From positions 448,001 through 512,000 of the forward strand of contig CAWBMV010000022.1 of assembly GCA_963789955.1 (NCBI GenBank): a stretch of DNA of 64,000 bases, read 5' to 3'. Shown piece by piece: positions 1 to 12,300 of this stretch; position 1 is the first letter of the stretch; every line of letters starts with the position of its first letter. The position numbers were made by a program, and so were the translations under genes. Under the pieces are notes generated by a model. The model did not search any database. It was given only the letters and a program-made list of their open reading frames with translations, and was not told where the DNA came from. This DNA is from an uncultured Candidatus Rokubacteria bacterium (lineage in GTDB: Bacteria > Methylomirabilota > Methylomirabilia > Rokubacteriales > CSP1-6).

Positions 1-94
1 ATGCGGAAGGCTGCCGGAACTGGTGAAGGCGGGAGGCCTATTCGCCAGACTGCACCGTCTTCAGCATCGGCCGGCTCTCACCCCGAAGGAATGA
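1..94 (+). CDS. C-terminal end of a probable ABC transporter ATP-binding/permease protein (partial)
   Basis: Frame 2 reads CGRLPELVKAGGLFARLHRLQ...*, resembling the G..ELL...G.Y.RL...Q tail of MsbA-type exporters; its TGA overlaps the next ATG (ATGA at 91-94). Confidence 0.5.
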   Translation, partial: CGRLPELVKAGGLFARLHRLQHRPALTPKE

Positions 95-1345
95 CGGATC
101 GGTCGTGCGCTATACGCTGTTCGATATCGAGGTGACGCGTCCGGTGAACGACCTCTCGTTGTCGCCCGGTGACGCGGGGGTCGCCATTCTGGTACGCCGA
201 AAGGGCGTCCCCATCGGATTCTGGTTGCAGGAGGCGAACGGGACCCAGCGTGTGTCGGCTGGCGAGTTGGCAAAAAGAATCGGTGCCGAAGCGGGCGAGA
301 AGATCCTCGCCGACGCGATCCGCGAAGAGTTGGCGCCCTCTGTCCTCTGTCGTGTCTCTTCCTCTGCTGACCATTGCGATCTGCACGAAGGACCGGCCCG
401 CGGGTGTCGAGCGGCTTCTTCGATCCTTGGTGGAGCAGGCGGCCGCTCTACCCGAGGGAAGCGCGGGCCTCGAGATCCTCATCATTGACAACGCCCCCTC
501 GGACGAGCGCACGCGAGAGGTGGCCGCACAGTGGTCCGAGGTCCGCTACGTCCGCGAGCCTCGACCCGGCCTCAACTTCGCTAGAAACCGTGCCCTACGG
601 GAAGCGCGAGGCCAAATCCTTGCCTTTCTGGACGACGATGTCATCGTCGACCAGCATTGGGCGGCCGGCTTTGCCAACGCATGGGCGGACAACCCCGACG
701 CCGCCGCCTTCACCGGTCAGGTCCTTCCGATGGAATTGGAGACGGAGGCGCAGATCCTCTTTGAGGAGCGCGGCGGGTTTCGCCGTGGCTTTGACCGAGT
801 CCGCTACGGGCCGGTCCTGCCAGGCAACAGCCTGTATCCCGGCGGCGCGGGGATCTTCGGGGCCGGTGCGAACATGGCCTTCAGGGTCGACGTGCTTCGG
901 CGCATGGGAGGCTTCGACGAGGCATTGGACACCGGTGCCGCTGTTCCCGGCGGCGGCGATCTGGACATCTTCTATCGGATCATCCGTGCGGGCCACGCGC
1001 TCGTCTACGAGCCGCGATTCCTCGTCTTCCACCAGCATCGCCGTGACATGAAGGCTCTGCTCGTCCAGTACCGGCGCAGTTGGGGCCTCGGCTTCATGTG
1101 CTACATACGCAAGTGCCTCGCGACCGACCCAGAGCGGCGAATGAACCTGATCCGTCTCATCGTCTGGTGGGTCGTCAATGACGCGACCACTCTGCTGAGG
1201 CATATTAAGAAAAAAGCCCTGGGGCAAGCCCTGTATGCCGCCTTCCATCTTCCTCGGTGAGCTCTGGGGCGGCGTTGTCGGTCTGTTGGGAGGCTACTCG
1301 CGTTCTCAACGGCGGGTCGAAGCGATCCGGAAGCGATTCCCATGA
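91..1345 (+). CDS. GT2 glycosyltransferase (frameshifted near 100, 350 and 1250)
   Basis: IAICTKDRP, IIDNAP, GLNFARN, FLDDD, GAGANMAFR, GGGDLD; N-terminus in ORF 105..488; C-terminus LGELWGGVVGLLGGYSRSQRRVEAIRKRFP* ends in ATGA overlap at 1342-1345. Confidence 0.85.
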
Positions 1346-2786
1346 GCGGCGCTCCGGCTGCACCTCCGGCGCAGAGAAGCGGCATGAGGCACTTCCTTCC
1401 GTGGGAGATTGTGCACGTGGCAGTTCGGGAGCGCCTTCCTGCCCTGAGCTCGCAGACGGGATTGGGGGGGCTTTTCGTGGTGTTCTGGTGCGACAGCGTG
1501 CCGGTGGGTCAGCTGTGGATCCCGGCCTCACTGCTCCCCATCACCTCTTCACAGGTCGCGGCGATAGTTCCACCACTCATTGCCCGGGCTGTCGGTGATC
1601 GGCTCCTGAGCACCGGCTTTCGGGCCCCACTTCCTGTCGCGCCGCGAAAACAAACGCCACAGGATGCCCCGGATCTGGCGCGTCTGCTCGAGTTAGGACG
1701 CCCGCTCGAGTCATGCTCCCGGGTTGCTCCTCCGTGGAAGTCCGAGCCATCTGAAGCAGCCGTGCCATCCGTCTCGGTCGTGATCTGCACAAGGAACCGA
1801 CCTGAGGCTCTCGAGAAATGTCTCTCTTCGTTGCGCAGTCTTTCACCGCAGCCGAACGAGATCGTCGTGGTCGACAACGACCCGTTGTCCGGCCTGACTC
1901 GGCAGTGACGGCTGCGTTTCCCGAAGTCCGCTACGTGCCCGAACCGCGGCCTGGTCTGAGCGCAGCCCGCAACACAGGTATCCGCAATTCGGTGGGCGCC
2001 ATCATTGCCTTCACCGATGACGATGTGATGGTGCACCCTGGCTGGATCGGGGCAATTCGGGGCGTCCTTCACGACCCGGACGTCATCGCCACTACGGGAC
2101 TCATCCTGCCCGCCGAGCTCGCGACAGCGGCGCAGTACGCTTTCCAGGTCGATGGTCTGCGCTGGGGTTGGGGATACCGCGCGCTCGACTTCGACCGGAA
2201 CTTCTTCAGCAGCACGAGGCGCCTTGGCGTGCCGGTCTGGCGGGTTGGCGCTGGCGCCAACATGGCCTTCCGGCGGAAGGCCTTCGAGCGTGTCGGTTTC
2301 TTCGACGAGCGATTGGGCGCAGGGGCCTCTGGGTGCAGTGAGGATTCCGAGCTGTGGTACCGCTTGCTGGCGGAAGGTTATCGGTGTCGTTACGAACCAA
2401 CGGCCGTGGTCTTTCATACTCACCGGTCGGACTGGAAGGGGTTGTCCGATCAGGTGTTCTACTATATGCGGGGCCATGTGGCAGCACTGCTTTTTCAATT
2501 CGACCACTACGGGCACTGGGGCAATCTCTATCGCGCGTTCCTGGCGCTCCCGTTCTACTTCATGAGGCTCGCTCTCCACTCCCTGAAGAGAACGGTCGGA
2601 AGGTGGATCATGGATTTTGGCGAGGGGTCGCTCACGTTGCCGCTGGGGCAGCAGATTCGAGGAGCCGTCGCGGGGTACGCGTACTACGTCCGGTGCCACC
2701 GCCTCGGTGCCCGGCCGACGACCCCAGAAGCGGCACGCGCTGTGCGTTTCACGCCCCCTGCGGCCGGTCGCAACGATCGTGCATAA
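1342..2786 (+). CDS. GT2 glycosyltransferase (frameshift near 1900)
   Basis: SVVICTRNRP...VVDND in 1342..1908 continues as GLSAARN, FTDDD, GAGANMAFRR, GCSEDSE in 1818..2786. Confidence 0.85.
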
Positions 2787-3525
2787 GAGTCCGCTGTCCA
2801 CGTTTCTTTCACGCAATCCTTTCGAGTTCCCCGAGACGCTTGGTTTCTTCTATCGCGAGAAAATGCGCGCCATTCACCGCGTGGCGCCCGATTCGCCTTT
2901 CACAGAAGTCCTTGAGGTTGGGGGCGGGCGGAGCGGGCTGACGCGCCTCTTATATCCCACTGCCCGTATCACGAACCTGGATTCGGACCCTTCGTTGGCC
3001 GAGGCCCCGTGCAACCGTCAGAATGCGGTTCGCTTTGTGTGCGCCGACGCGACACGGCTCGACTTCGACTCCCAATCGTTCGATGCCGTCACCATGTTCG
3101 ACGTGCTCGAGCACATCCCCGATCATGGGCGCGCCATATCGGAGGCCCTGCGCGTCCTGAGGCCCGGCGGCTACCTGCTTGTCAGCACACCGAACGAGCG
3201 CTGGTGCTTTCCGTACTACCGCTTCATGAGAGCCATGTGTCCGAGCGAGGAGGAGATGTTCGCTGCGTGGGGTCATGTGCGCCGCGGATACTCTCTCGAA
3301 CAACTCGACGAATTGATCGCGATTCCTCGCGAACGATCCGCAACCTTCATCTCTCCCGTGACCGTTCTCTGCCACGACGTTGCGTTCTCTCGGATGCCCG
3401 CGCGACTGCGGCGGGGAATCTGCATGGCCCTCTTGCCCATCACGTGGATCGGCTACGCTGTCCACAGCTCCGACAGCACGGGAACGGAGACGGCCTCAGC
3501 CTGGCGGAAGCCGGCAGAGGCCTGA
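2779..3525 (+). CDS. class I SAM-dependent methyltransferase
   Basis: VLEVGGGRSG motif I, CADAT, FDAVTMFDVLEH, LRPGGYL; GTG start overlapping previous gene. Confidence 0.85.
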   Translation: MHKSPLSTFLSRNPFEFPETLGFFYREKMRAIHRVAPDSPFTEVLEVGGGRSGLTRLLYPTARITNLDSDPSLAEAPCNRQNAVRFVCADATRLDFDSQSFDAVTMFDVLEHIPDHGRAISEALRVLRPGGYLLVSTPNERWCFPYYRFMRAMCPSEEEMFAAWGHVRRGYSLEQLDELIAIPRERSATFISPVTVLCHDVAFSRMPARLRRGICMALLPITWIGYAVHSSDSTGTETASAWRKPAEA

Positions 3526-4859
3526 TGGCGAAGAAATAGCGCACATCCTCCTCTCCTATCCAGAAGATCGCCCTGTTACCGTGGGGTGATCTGATCGAGG
3601 ACTTTCTCGACGGGATCGGAGTGTCCCTGGAAGATTTCTCCTCGAGGATGACCGGCGGGTGGCTCTTCGGCTATGTCGAGGCGCTAGCCCTCCATGGGAT
3701 TCGAAGCAGCATTTTCTGTTTCTCGGCCCGCGCGGAACGCACCGTCCACACGGTGCACCAGGCCACGGGCGCTGAGATTGTTCTGCTGCGGGCGCCCGCG
3801 GCATACCGCAGGCTTCGCCGCCACATGAATGACCCCTATGGCTGGAACGCCGAAGCCATGTTTGGCGCGAGCGGGAAACTCTCGCGGCGGGGTTGGCGTC
3901 TCGCACACGATGTGGCGCCCTATCTCGCGACCTCGGTGATGGCCCTCTGCCGCGAAGTCCGCCGCGCGCGATGCCGCGCTATCTTGTGCCAGGAGTACGA
4001 GGCGCCCCGGTTCGACGCTGCAGTGGCGGTCGGGGGGCTGTTACGCATTCCGGTCTTCGCCACCTTTCAGGGCGGGAGTTGGCACCGGAGCCGTCTCGAG
4101 CGACACCTCCGGTCGCTGACCCTCCGGCGCTGCGCAGGCCTCATCATCGGATCTTCGCTCGAAGCGGCTCGGGTTCGAGAACACTACGGGACACCGCCCG
4201 AGCGAATCGCCAGCATCTTCAATCCGCTCGATCTCTCGGTGTGGCGGCCCGGCTCGCGGCAGGATGCGCGCCGAAAGCTTGGCATCCCGGACACGACTCG
4301 CATGGCGATCTGGCACGGTCGAATCGAGATCCGGAGGAAGGGTCTCGACCTCCTGCTCGAGGCGTGGAGGACCGTGTGCTCGCTGCGATCGGAACGGGAC
4401 ATCCTGTTGATGCTCGTCGGCTCCGGCCCCGACGCGGATCACCTCGACGAGGAGATCAGGCGGACGGCCGTTCCGCACGTTCGCTGGATCCGGGAGTATG
4501 TCCTGGACCGAGCCAGCATTCGCCAATACCTGAGCGCGGCAGACGTGTATGTGTTCCCCTCCAGGCATGAAGGATTTCCAGTCGCGCTGCTCGAGGCCAT
4601 GGCCTGTGGCCTCCCCGTCGTTGCCGCATCGGCCCCCGGAGTCGGCGACATTCTCAACGAGGGGGAACAGTCTGGGGGATTAGTCGTGCCCATCGGTGAT
4701 GCGACCTCGCTTGCGAGGCACCTGGGCCGTTGCCTGGACGACGAGCCATGGGGCGCAATGCTAGGCGCGCGAGCCCGCGGCCGCGTCGAGCGAGCCTTTT
4801 CCCTTGAAGCTATCGGAGCTCAGCTCCACGAGTTGATCCGAAGCGGGGAGGGACGATGA
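3525..4859 (+). CDS. GT4 glycosyltransferase (start uncertain; in-frame TAG at 3537-3539)
   Basis: HGRIEIRRKG, PSRHEGFPVALLEAMACG (EX7E). Confidence 0.9.
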
Positions 4860-4890
4860 CTGACGGAGAGCCTCCCGGAGGCTGAAGACC

Positions 4891-5847
4891 ATGCAACGCA
4901 TTTCGGTCATCATTTGCTCCCACAACCCGCGGGCGGACTATCTCGGTCGCGTGCTGGACTGCCTGAAGGCGCAGACAGTCTCCAAAGAGGAATGGGAACT
5001 GCTGCTCGTGGACAATTGCAGCGAGCGGCGTCTGGCCGACGTCTGGGACTTGTCGTGGCATCCGCAGCACGCCCATATCCGCGAAGATGATCTCGGCTTG
5101 ACCGCCGCCCGGCTGCGGGGCATCAGGGAGGCCCGCGGCGAACTGCTGCTCTTCGTAGACGATGACAATCTGTTGGCGCCGGACTATCTGGATCGTGCCG
5201 CCGCCCTGGCACGAACGTATCCATATCTCGGCGTGTTCGGAGCCGGTGTCCTCGAGCCCGAGTTCGAAGTGCCGCCCCCGCGGCAGCTGGCGCCCCATTT
5301 GCCGCTGCTGGCACTGCGAAGCGTGTCAAGCGAGCGGTGGACCAACAACCCTGCCGACAGTGGCTGTGTGCCGTGGGGAGCGGGACTGTGCGTCACTCGC
5401 CCCGTGGCGGCGGCTTATCCGCAGTCGGTCGAACGCTTGAAGATCGGCCATCTATTGGATCCACGCGGGCACCGTCAATTCCGTGGCGGCGACGATTTGT
5501 TCTCCTGGGTTGCGGCTTCCATGGGACGTGGATTCGGCATTTTCCCCGAGCTCAGGGTTACCCACCTCATTAGGGCCGACCGGCTGACCCAATCCTTTTT
5601 TCTCCGTCTCCTTCACGACCGCGCCTACTCGCATGGCGTTCTGGGGTACCTGGTGTTCGCCAAGGCGCCTCGTCCATTGGATCTCGCGCAAACCCTTCGG
5701 ATCGCGCTCCACGGGATCCGTCGGGGCCGGTTCTCGATGAGATGCCAGTGGGCCTCCGCCCGGGGGGCCAGCCGCGCGGCCCAGTTGATTTCGGTTGAGG
5801 CGTTGAATGCATCCTGGCCTCAGGCGATCCGGAAGCGGTTTTCATGA
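4891..5847 (+). CDS. GT2 glycosyltransferase
   Basis: ISVIICSHN, LVDNCS, GLTAAR, FVDDD, GAG. Confidence 0.9.
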   Translation: MQRISVIICSHNPRADYLGRVLDCLKAQTVSKEEWELLLVDNCSERRLADVWDLSWHPQHAHIREDDLGLTAARLRGIREARGELLLFVDDDNLLAPDYLDRAAALARTYPYLGVFGAGVLEPEFEVPPPRQLAPHLPLLALRSVSSERWTNNPADSGCVPWGAGLCVTRPVAAAYPQSVERLKIGHLLDPRGHRQFRGGDDLFSWVAASMGRGFGIFPELRVTHLIRADRLTQSFFLRLLHDRAYSHGVLGYLVFAKAPRPLDLAQTLRIALHGIRRGRFSMRCQWASARGASRAAQLISVEALNASWPQAIRKRFS

Positions 5848-6815
5848 GCAACTTCGAAGTGGTGATCTGCACGTACAACAATGCGGCGATGCTGGACGGC
5901 GTGCTCACATCCCTGGCTCGCCAGAAGCCTGTTCGAGATGGGCGTTGGTCCTGCCTGGTGGTGAACAACAACTGCACCGATCGCACCGCCGAAGTCGTTC
6001 AAAAGCACATCAGTGCGGGAGCCATTCCCGGCCTTCGATCGGTCCGGGAGACCAGGCAGGGCCTGACCCCCGCGCGTCTCTGCGGTGTGCGGAGTACGGG
6101 GGCGCAATGGACGGCATTCGTGGACGACGATTGTTTCCTCGAGCCGGACTGGATTGTGAATGCGATGGCGTTTGCCGGGAGCCATCCTGAAGCCGGAGCA
6201 TTCGGCGGAAAGGTTATTCTCGATTGGGAAGTAGAGCCTCCGTCCTACGTGCGTGGATATGGCTACTCCTTCGCGGAGCAGAACCACGGAGATTCCCGGC
6301 GTCCGGTGGCATTTCTTGCGGGAGCGGGGCTGGTCCTCAATCGCGACGCTCTTACAAAGTGTGGATGGATCAACGGACCACTGCTTGAGGATCGTGTCGG
6401 AAAAAGCCTGGTATCGGGAGGCGACGTGGAGATCGTCCTTCGCATCAGCGCTGCAGGCTATGTGCTGTGGTATGTGCCGGAGTGCGAACTGCATCATCGA
6501 ATACCGCAGAGACGGACCTCTCCGCCTTACCTTCGCGACATCAACCGTAACCTGGGTATCAGCCAGACATTGGCGGATGCGCTGGTCTACAGGCGTTCCA
6601 GTCTGCGATGGATTCTCGATTCTTTCAGCAAGGCCGCCAACCATGTGCTGGGCCTTCTGCGGCTGGCGATTCAGGGGGCACGCCGTTCGCGATCTTTGAC
6701 GGACATCTCGATTCAGGCAAGTTTCAACCTGGGTCAGCTTCAGGGCATATGGCGGATCTTCCGGATGCCGCCGGCACGCCGGAATGAACTGTTGGGACGT
6801 GCCCGCTCGCACTAA
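5844..6815 (+). CDS. GT2 glycosyltransferase
   Basis: VVICTYN, VVNNN, GLTPAR, FVDDD, SGGDVE. Confidence 0.9.
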   Translation: MSNFEVVICTYNNAAMLDGVLTSLARQKPVRDGRWSCLVVNNNCTDRTAEVVQKHISAGAIPGLRSVRETRQGLTPARLCGVRSTGAQWTAFVDDDCFLEPDWIVNAMAFAGSHPEAGAFGGKVILDWEVEPPSYVRGYGYSFAEQNHGDSRRPVAFLAGAGLVLNRDALTKCGWINGPLLEDRVGKSLVSGGDVEIVLRISAAGYVLWYVPECELHHRIPQRRTSPPYLRDINRNLGISQTLADALVYRRSSLRWILDSFSKAANHVLGLLRLAIQGARRSRSLTDISIQASFNLGQLQGIWRIFRMPPARRNELLGRARSH

Positions 6816-6843
6816 GTGACTGCAGGAGCGACTTCGAACGGCG

Positions 6844-7882
6844 CTAGCGCTTCACGGGGACTTCGACGGATTTGTCATCGATACTCAGGCGGACCAGAAG
6901 ATCGACCGGAGTCGAGCGGCCGGTCGGCACCGTTCCACGGTAGGTACCCGGCTCCGAGAGGGCGCCCATCGCAATGCTCTCGACAGTCCCATCCGCCATG
7001 TGCGCAATGAGCCGGACGCTAGAGACCACCACGGGCCGGCCCTGAGCACTCAAAAGGCGCACGGTATACGAATCGCCCCAGCCCCGCGATATCGGCTTCC
7101 GCACAAGCTCAGCCCGGCGCGCGCCCACTGACTGCGTGGGCCGCGGCTTTCGGCGTCGCCGCCTCGGGCGGCAGCGCGCTAGCCACCCGGTCCGACGATG
7201 CTGGATTCCCCGGACTCGGTCGCACCGTGGCGCTGAGTCTCGGGCCGTGGCCGCCCGCGATCTCGTCGGTCCCGCCGCTCGCCGGCGCAGCGTTTTCACT
7301 GGCCGGGATGCTAGCGACACGTGGTCGGCGGCTGGGTTCTTTGGGGGTGGCACCCGGGGACACCAGTTTCGTTCTCGCTGGACCGTCGTCCGGCGGCGAC
7401 TCGCCATTCGGCCGGGCCGGGGGTGGAGTCTCACTGCGCGCGCTCTCGTGGGTCTGATACATGACTAGTGACAACAGGAGCGCAGCCACCGTCACACCGA
7501 TCGCTACGCCGAGAAGCGCCGGGATCGGCCTGCCTGACCGCTGAACGCCAGGACTGCTCTCGATCGACTCCTGGTCTTCGTGCTCCGCCAGGGAGAGGTG
7601 CTCGATCCGCACTAGAGGGCTCCTGTCCGCGGCTGAGTCGGTCGTTGGGTCGGCCGACGTCGGGACGATGACAAACCCATCGGCCGCGAGCGCACGGTCG
7701 ACTTGACGGTGGCGGCGGTCTTCCTTCGAATCAGGCGCCCAGGAAGACTCCCCACCGCGCCGATCGATGATGATGTCCACATGGTCGCCCGGGCTCAGTG
7801 ACTCCTGCAGAGCCATGATGAAGTCTGCGCTCCGCAGCGAGCGGCCAGAGATGATGCATAGGCATCTAGGCGAAACCGACAC
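6844..7882 (-). CDS. hypothetical membrane-anchored protein: N-terminal IIIDRR domain, one TM helix, Pro-rich linker, C-terminal YtkA/FixH-like beta domain (frameshift near 7120)
   Basis: Joins ORFs 7109..7993 and 6844..7434; GGAGGA upstream of GTG at 7882; hydrophobic LLGVAIGVTVAALLLSLVM; C-terminal YTVRLL..GRPV...AHM...EPGTYRG. Confidence 0.55.
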
Positions 7883-8150
7883 CAAGTCCTCCGCGCCCTG
7901 CGACTGAAGATACCTGAGCGACTCACCGAGATTGTAGCCCGATGTGATGGACTCGGGGCCAGGTATGCACGTGCCGCTCCGCGGTTGCCGCAACGAAGTC
8001 GGACTTATGGAGGTTTCTCAGGGCAGACGGCGGAGCCGGCCCATGAAGCGATTTCGATAGAACGGCTGTTACCGATCCTTGCGGACTTGCCGGAAGGCGT
8101 GACCGAATTCAACCCCTGTGAATCTCAGGACAATAGCCGATAAATGGACC

Positions 8151-9025
8151 TCAGGATTGGCGACGGGCTTTTCTGCCACGGAGTCTCTGCACTGCGGCTA
8201 GTCCCGCAATTCCAAGACCGAACATCGTCAAGCTTGCCGGTTCCGGAACCGGAGTGGTCCCAGTTTCACCGGATCCCGCGTGGAAGTTATTGAGAAAGAC
8301 GGCGCTGTCAAGTTCGCCGTCATTCACGTCACCGACTTCGAAAATGATGGAATGCGCCCCTGCGCCAAGGGAGCTCGAGAATGTCGTCAGTTTCACGAGG
8401 CCGTGCGGATCGCTAAAAGCGGTGTTCGTATCCGCTGTGGTCAGCACGCTGGCAAATGTGCTGCCGACTTGAACGGCATTGAGGCTCGCGTCAAACACAA
8501 TTTGGTTCGCCGTCGCTGTCCCGTCCAAAAACGCCACGAAGGCATCGGTGAAGTTATTCGTGAATACGGGAAACTCAACAGACCCGAAAACAAAATCAAA
8601 ACCCACTTGGCTGGCAGAGGCCAAGGTGAAGTTCACCTGCAGGGCGGCCACGTTGTGTGAGCTATTGAAGTTAGTGATGTGTCCGGGGCCGTAGGCGTCA
8701 AACGCTGTCGTCCCCGCCGCTCCCGTATCCGTACTGGGTGAACTGCCATTACTATGGAACGCGGCAGTCCCCTGGACCGCCAGACCGGTCGATAGCACAA
8801 CCCCATCGCCGAAGGTGACGGGGGGCTCGTAAAGCCCGTGTAGGTGCCAAACTGGCTGGCGGCACCATTGTTAGTCGTAACGGAATTGATCGTGAGGCCG
8901 GCTCCGCCTAGCGCAGTCCCAAGGGCGGTCCCATCCGTTGTCTGGGTGATGCTCAGCGCCCAGGCCGACGTCGCCAGTAGTACGGCGCACACGGTGGCGA
9001 TCGAGGCTGACAATAACTTATTCAT
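8151..9025 (-). CDS. PEP-CTERM protein with choice-of-anchor L-like domain (frameshift in G run at 8820-8825)
   Basis: Signal peptide ending AWA; GVVLSTG, FDFVFGSVEF, DGELDSAVF; C-terminal VPEPASLTMFGLGIAGLAAVQRLRGRKARRQS. Confidence 0.9.
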
Positions 9026-9317
9026 GTCCGTTCCCCCCTTTGCGCGAGAAGGAACCTCTATTAGAAAAGCCTCGTCTCGCCACGGCTTGCACCTGAATCA
9101 TGCATAATCGATGCTATTTGGGTGTATGTCGTAAATCCAAATAGTTAGCTAGATCGCCCGAAATCTTAACGTCGCCAAAGCGCAGAAGTGAAAGGTTTCC
9201 TTTACAGTGAAGGTGCATTCGCATCTAAGGTTGGCTGTTGCGCGCTCATTCATACCTAAACCTCTGTAAACACAGGACGACATGTACTACGCGCAAAAAG
9301 GCGATGGGTTAACAAGT

Positions 9318-9334
9318 TGTAAGGATCCTCGACT
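9318..9334 (-). promoter_or_regulatory. putative PEP-CTERM-box enhancer site AGTCGAGGATCCTTACA
   Basis: 13/17 identical to the box at 62602-62618 and in the same orientation relative to a PEP-CTERM gene; no clean sigma54 site at the same spacing. Confidence 0.45.
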
Positions 9335-9345
9335 GGAGCGCCGTC

Positions 9346-12300
9346 CTATGACTTCCTGAGCTCTGCGAGCACGGCCCGGATCTCCGGAGCCTGCGGGATT
9401 GTCTCCTGTAGCTGCAGCACTCGCCGGAGTGTCGAGGCAGCCTCGTCGCGTCGTCCAAGCTTGTAGTACGTCATGCCCAGGTGATAGAGGATCGTGGCGT
9501 TGCTGGCGGCCAGGTCGTTTGCCCGCTTGAAGACGGGTTCCGCCTTCTGATACTCGCGCCGCTGGTAATACACGAAGCCCAGCGTGTCGAGAATCTCGAA
9601 ACTATCCCGACGGAGATCTTGCGCCTTCTGAGCGAGCGCGAGCGCCTCATCGAGGTTCTTGCCTTCCGCCGCGTAGACGTACGCGACGTTGTTGTAGGCG
9701 CGCGGGTCCATGGGACTCAGAGCGATGGCGCGCTTGTACGCGATGACGGCGTTTGCCGTGTCGCCCTTCTGCTGGTAGGCGCTGCCAAGCGCGAAGTGAG
9801 CTTCCGGCGAGTTCGGATCCAGGCGCGTGGCGGCGCCGAGCGTGTCGATGGCGGATCGGAGATCGCCGCTCCTGAGATAGAGCGTGCCGAGCACGATATG
9901 GACCTGCACCGACCTGGGTTCGCGCTTGAGCACGTCCTTCGCGCGCGCGATACCCTCCGGCACTCGCCCCACGCGGCCATAAAGGTCCGCCAGCTGGAGA
10001 TCGACGGCGGGCTGGTTCGGATTCGTCCGATGGACCGCTTCGAGGTGCTGAATCGAGCGCTGGTAGTCCCCCTTTGACTGGTAATAGTTGGCCAGGAGCA
10101 GGTTGGCCGGGCCGTCGGCCGGAGCGACGCGGAGGACGATCTGAAGGTAGCTTACGGCTTCCTCATACTTCTTCTGCTCGATGCGGATCCACCCCATAGA
10201 GCGGTTCGCCGTCGGCGACAGCGGCGTGGTCTCGAGGACCTTCTTGAATTCCGCCTCTGCCTCGGCGAGCCTGCGCTGGGTGAGATAAGCGCTCCCGAGC
10301 TGTTCCCGGCGCACGGTGTTCGTGGGATCGGCGGCCACTGCCGCCTTCAGCTCCTCGATTCGCGAGGCGAGCAGCTGGGGATCGGGCTTTTCGCCCGACG
10401 CAGCTGCGAGCTCGATCCGGACCTGCTTGGCGTCCGGGGCGAGCTCGGCGGCGCGCTGGTATTCTCTCTTGGCGCCTTCGCGATCGCCCCGCGCTAGCAG
10501 CGCACGGGCGAGCTGGTAATGACCATCGAAGAGCCGCGGGTTGAGACGAGTCACGGTTTCGAACTGGCCGATCGCGCTGGAGAGGTCGCCCTTCGCGAGG
10601 TACGCCTGTCCCGTGAGCAGCTGGGCCGGGACATAGGTCGGGTCGTTTTTCAGCAGGGGAGCCAACCGCGCGATCGCATCGTCGAATCTCCCGGAGCGAA
10701 TGTAGAGGTCGGCGAGCACCAGCGTCGGTGTCGTGCTCTCCGCGCTTGCCTCGGATGGCTGCTTCCAGCACCGCAATCGCCTGATCGTAGCGGAACTCGC
10801 GGGCGTAGAGCTCGGCGAGCATCAGGGCGGCGGCGCTGTTGTTCGGCTGTTCCTTCAGCACGCGCTGTAGCTGCGGGACCGCATCGGCGGGTTTTCCATT
10901 GACGACCGCGAGGCGCGCAAGCGTCAGCCGAGCTGGCACGAACCGTTCGTCGAGCTGCAGTGCCGCGGTGAGCGCCTTCTCCGCCGCGGGTGTGTTGCGC
11001 TTGAGGGCGTAGAGCCGACCGAGTAGCTCCTGCGCGGCGGCACTCTTCGGGTCAGTCTGGACGGCCGCCTGCGCGACGGCGATGGCCTCGTCGACGCGCT
11101 TCTGCTGAACCAGCGTCGCTATCTTGGCCGCGACTGCCCGCCGGTCGCGCGGGTTCTGCGCGAGCGCGGCGTCGAACTCCTTGATCGCGTCCTCGGGCTT
11201 CTTCTCCAGATTGTAGATATTGCCGAGGGCTACTCGACCAGACGTGAACTTCGGATCCGCCTCGATCGCCTTGGCGAACGCCTCTTGCGCGGCGCGTAGG
11301 TCGCCCTTCGCCACATGAGCATTGCCCATCAGGGTGTACGCGCGGGCATTCTGCGGCGACAGCGCGATGGCCGTCCGCGCGGCCTTGATCGCCTCGTCGC
11401 TGGCACCGAGGGCAAGCTGCGTCTGCCCGAGCACCAGATAGTAGTCGGGCACCTTTGTCATGGGCGTGGCGAGCGTGTTCAGCTCGGCGAGCGCCTCGCG
11501 CGGCTGCCGCGCCTCGAGGAGCCCCAGCGCCAGGCCAAAGTGCATCAATGCATTGCCCGGAGCCTTCTGGACCCCCGCTCGAAACTCGTTGAGCGCCTCG
11601 TCAGGCCGATTGAGGCCGAGGAGCGCATACCCGAGCCAGTACCGTAGGGCCGGCGCATCCGGGAAGATCTGCTTGAGCCCGCTCAAGGTCGCGACCGCCT
11701 CGCGGAAGCGTCCGGCCTGGACGTTGAGCTGACCGGCCGTGAGAGCGAGGCGCGGTGTCCAGTTCTGACGCGGCAGCGACTCGAGCTCCTTGAGCGCGTC
11801 ATCCAGGTTCCCGCCGGCCGCATGCACGGCGCTCAGGGCCAAACGGACCGACGCACTGGTCGGGTTGTCGGCTTTGGCCTGGTCGAGAAGGCGGCGGGCT
11901 TCGTCCGGCCGGTTCTGACGTCTGAGCACGTCACCCAGTCCGACGAGGGCCGCCGGGTGCTTGGGATTTTGAGCGAGCGCAGAGCGGTAGGCTGATTCCG
12001 CCTCTCCGAGCCGTTCGAGCGCGTTCAGGATGTCGCCGCGGAGGATATGGAACTCGGGTGATGGCCGACCAGCGGCCAGGGCCTTGTCGATCGCAGCCAG
12101 GGCGTCCTGCCGCTGCCCTTTCGCGTTGAGCGCGGCCGCCCGGAAATAGAGCGCCCACGCATTCGCGGGGTCCTTGCCCGCGATGGTGGCCGCCGCCCGG
12201 AGAGCATTCTCCCACGCCTCGATCGCTACATAGGCGCGGCCGAGGTCGATGTAGGCCTCGAGGTTGTTGGGCTCGAGCTCCACAGCGCGGCGAAGCTCCC

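Noticed and set aside
3537..3539. In-frame TAG after MAKK as possible amber readthrough or recoding
   Set aside because: Single case; TAG is an ordinary stop in other genes here (e.g. 33366, 34280); base error or later start is simpler
9101..9116. sigma54-like TAGCAT-CGATT-ATGC upstream of the first PEP-CTERM gene
   Set aside because: Lacks the invariant GG at -24
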